Source: Mobula hypostoma (lineage: Eukaryota). Taken from it: a stretch of 64,000 nucleotides of DNA. The notes beneath the pieces are model-generated. The model was not told the DNA's origin and made no database searches. It saw only the letters and a list, made by a program, of their open reading frames with translations. Both the position numbers and the translations under genes were made by a program. The stretch is from positions 56,794,001 through 56,858,000 of the forward strand of contig NC_086108.1 of assembly GCF_963921235.1 (NCBI RefSeq), given 5' to 3'. How positions within the stretch are numbered: the first letter of the stretch is position 1; every line of letters begins with the position of its first letter. Of the stretch, positions 61,378 to 64,000 are shown piece after piece.

Positions 61378-62441
61378 TAGAAACATAGAAACATAGAAAA
61401 TAGGTGCAGGAGTAGGCCATTCGGCCCTTCGAGCCTGCACCGCCATTTATTATGATCATGGCTGATCATCCAACTCAGAACCCCGCCCCAGCCTTCCCTC
61501 CATACCCCCTGACCCCTGTAGCCACAAGGGCCATATCTAACTCCCTCTTAAACATAGCCAATGAACTGGCCTCAACAGTTTGCTGAGGCAGAGAATTCCA
61601 CAGACTCACCACTCTCTGTGTGAAGAAGTTTTTCCTAATCTCGGTCCTAAAAGGCTTCCCCTCTATCCTCAAACTGTGACCCCTCGTTCTGGACTTCCCC
61701 AACATCCGGAACAATCCTCCTGCATCTAGCCTGTCCAATCCCTTTAGGATCTTATACGTTTCAATCAGATCCCCCCTCAATCTTCTAAATTCCAACGAGT
61801 ACAAGCCCAGTTCATCCAGTCTTTCTTCATATGAAAGTCCTGCCATCCCAGGAATCAATCTGGTGAACCTCCTTTGTACTCCCTCTATGGCAAAGATGTC
61901 TTTCCTCAGATTAGGGGACCAAAACTGCACACAATACTCCAGGTGTGGTCTCACCAAGGCCTTGTACAACTGCAGTAGTACCTCCCTGCTCCTGTACTCG
62001 AATCCTCTCGCTATAAATGCCAGCATACCATTCGCCTTTTTCACCGCCTGCTGTACCTGCATGCCCACTTTCAATGACTGGTGTATAATGACACCCAGGT
62101 CTCGTTGCACCTCCCCTTTTCCTAATCGGCCACCATTCAGATAATAATCTGTTTTCCCATTTTTGCCAAAGTGGATAACTTCACATTTATCCACATTAAA
62201 TTGCATCTGCCATGAATTTGCCCACTCACCCAACCTATCCAAGTCACCCTGCATCCTCTTAGCATCCTCCTCACTGCTAACACTGCCGCCCAGCTTCGTG
62301 TCATCCGCAAACTTGGAGATGCTGCATTTAATTCCCTCATCCAAGTCATTAATATATATTGTAAACAACTGGGGTCCCAGCACTGAGCCTTGCGGTACCC
62401 CACTAGTCACCGCCTGCCATTCTGAAAAGGTCCCGTTTATT
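61378..62441 (-). mobile_element. Young 5'-truncated CR1, sister of the 2052-5356 copy
   Basis: Open RT C-terminal ORF, near-identical to 2052-3115. Confidence 0.95.
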
Positions 62442-62559
62442 GAATGCATGTTGCCATCATACATTTTCTCCATGTACCTATGGGCATCTTTTCATCTTCA
62501 CTGTTATCTAACTTCTGTGTGCAACAGCAAACATTCAAACTGTCATCATTCTCAATGCT

Positions 62560-63400
62560 GTTGAAGTTGTTGAGAATTGAGAACATGGGACTTTATTTAC
62601 CTATGTAATAACAGTATTTAATTATTTGCATTGGATCCTTAGATATTTTGTGACGAGATGTTGTCCGTGAGTTACACATTGAATGGCAAATATGTTAGAT
62701 ACAGCCTTTTCAATAAGTAATAACTCCATGGTGACATCCCGTCATTGATGGTGCTCAGTCTGTTGTACAAGCAAGAATGTTGATGAGCAGAATGTCCTTC
62801 TTTTTGAAAAACTGCTCAACAATCTCAAATATTAGCTCCCCCTTTGTATCTGTTTCTAGTCCCCAAAACATCTCTTGAACAATGCTTTTTACCTTTTATG
62901 AAATGAACATAACCAAGAAGGAAAGATTTGTTGCCTGGCAAAGCTATGACTCAGAATTTCATCTATTTGTCTTTAAAACAGTCATTGCTGAGTGGAATCT
63001 CTTTAATTATTTGGTCTGGTGACTTATGCAAAACTGTGCTGAAAACATCCCTTACTGCCGGCAGAATCAGTTCTTCTCCAAGTGTACAGGGGCTTTCCAA
63101 ATTTGGCAATGAAATATTGTATGAAACACATAAACCATCACTGTTGTTACAAAATACTGGCAACAATGTTTTAGTGTTTCCTGTTTCTGAAATTTTTCAT
63201 GCAGTGACTGAAAATAAGCCAAGTTCTTATCTACTTTATCAGAGCATATTCTCTTCAAATTTTCAAGAAGTCTGGATGGTTTTATTGCCTCATTTGAAAA
63301 ATAATGTTTCACACAACAAATGGCTGCTGTTGGTGCTGGTACAATTCCCTATTTCAGATACTCTACACCATGCGGTCTACACTTCTTTTTTGTTTGGTCT
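62560..63400 (-). mobile_element. hAT/Buster (ZBED5/SCAND3-like) transposase relic
   Basis: FSNEAIKPSRL..., SYNISL...TLGEELILPAV...IPLSND peptides with frameshifts. Boundaries approximate. Confidence 0.8.
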
Positions 63401-63625
63401 CCTTTTGCCATTTTCATTATGAATTAAACAACATCATGAGAAACATCCTACAACATGCTACTTACTGCCAGAATTGGAGTGACCATTTTGCCTATTTTCT
63501 TCTGAGAATCTCCTTGAATACTGGCCCTTCACTTGGTGACCTGAAAGTGTAATAAATTGACAATTGGTGCATTTATCTTTAGGTTTGAGCATTTGTCAAC
63601 TTTTTTGCTAATTAACTAACTTCCC

Positions 63626-64000
63626 CTGAGGTGTTCTACAGGGATCTGTTCTGGGACCCCTCCTCTGTGATTTTTATAAATGATATGAGGAAGTAGAAGA
63701 ATGTGTTAGTAAGTTTGCAGATGACACAGAAGTTGGGGGTGTTGTGGATGGTCTGGAGGGTTGTCAGAGGTTACAGCGTGACATCAGTAGGATGCAGAAC
63801 TGGGCTGAGAAGTGGCAGATGGGGTTCAACCCAGACAAGTGTGAAGTGGTTCATTTCGGCAGGTTGATTTTGAAGACAGAATATAATATTAATGGAAAGA
63901 CTCTTGGTAGTGTGGAGGATCAGCAAGATCTTGGGGTCCGTGTCCATAGGACACTCAAACTTGCTGCGCAGGTTGACTGTTGTTAGGAAGGTGTATGGTG
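63626..64000 (+). mobile_element. CR1 RT fragment running off the window
   Basis: [36 protein letters not shown]. Confidence 0.88.

Noticed and set aside
61114..63625. Search for the terminal cytoplasmic exon of the receptor
   Set aside because: No phase-0 acceptor followed by a long Ser/Pro/Tyr-rich ORF. The region is CR1 and hAT relic, so the exon presumably lies beyond the window.

Overview
Vertebrate genomic DNA, most likely a cartilaginous fish (inferred from the dense CR1 LINEs, Rex1/Babar LINEs and V-SINEs; the species cannot be determined from the sequence alone). The window lies inside one plus-strand gene, a tall gp130-family type I cytokine receptor best matching IL-12 receptor beta 2 (IL12RB2). 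I reconstructed 13 GT-AG coding exons (1247-54218, 2015 nt) that splice in one open frame: Ig domain, cytokine-binding module with WSNWS, three FNIII domains, TM helix and Box1. The signal-peptide exon and the last cytoplasmic exon were not found in the window. Introns are dominated by transposons, often nested: several CR1 subfamilies, Rex1/Babar, a bipartite RTE derivative, tRNA-SINEs, Tc1, Tigger, a Harbinger MITE and a hAT/Buster relic. The most striking signal is at the CR1 ORF1/ORF2 junction. Three distinct CR1 subfamilies end ORF1 with the canonical slippery heptamer U_UUA_AAC immediately before the stop codon, and ORF2 opens in the -1 frame with no AUG ahead of its endonuclease domain. 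This points to virus-like -1 programmed ribosomal frameshifting in a vertebrate LINE. Other notable items are a 1.9 kb composite insert of apparently unique DNA capped by a CR1 tail, a deeply nested full-length CR1, and a strong intronic CTCF motif.
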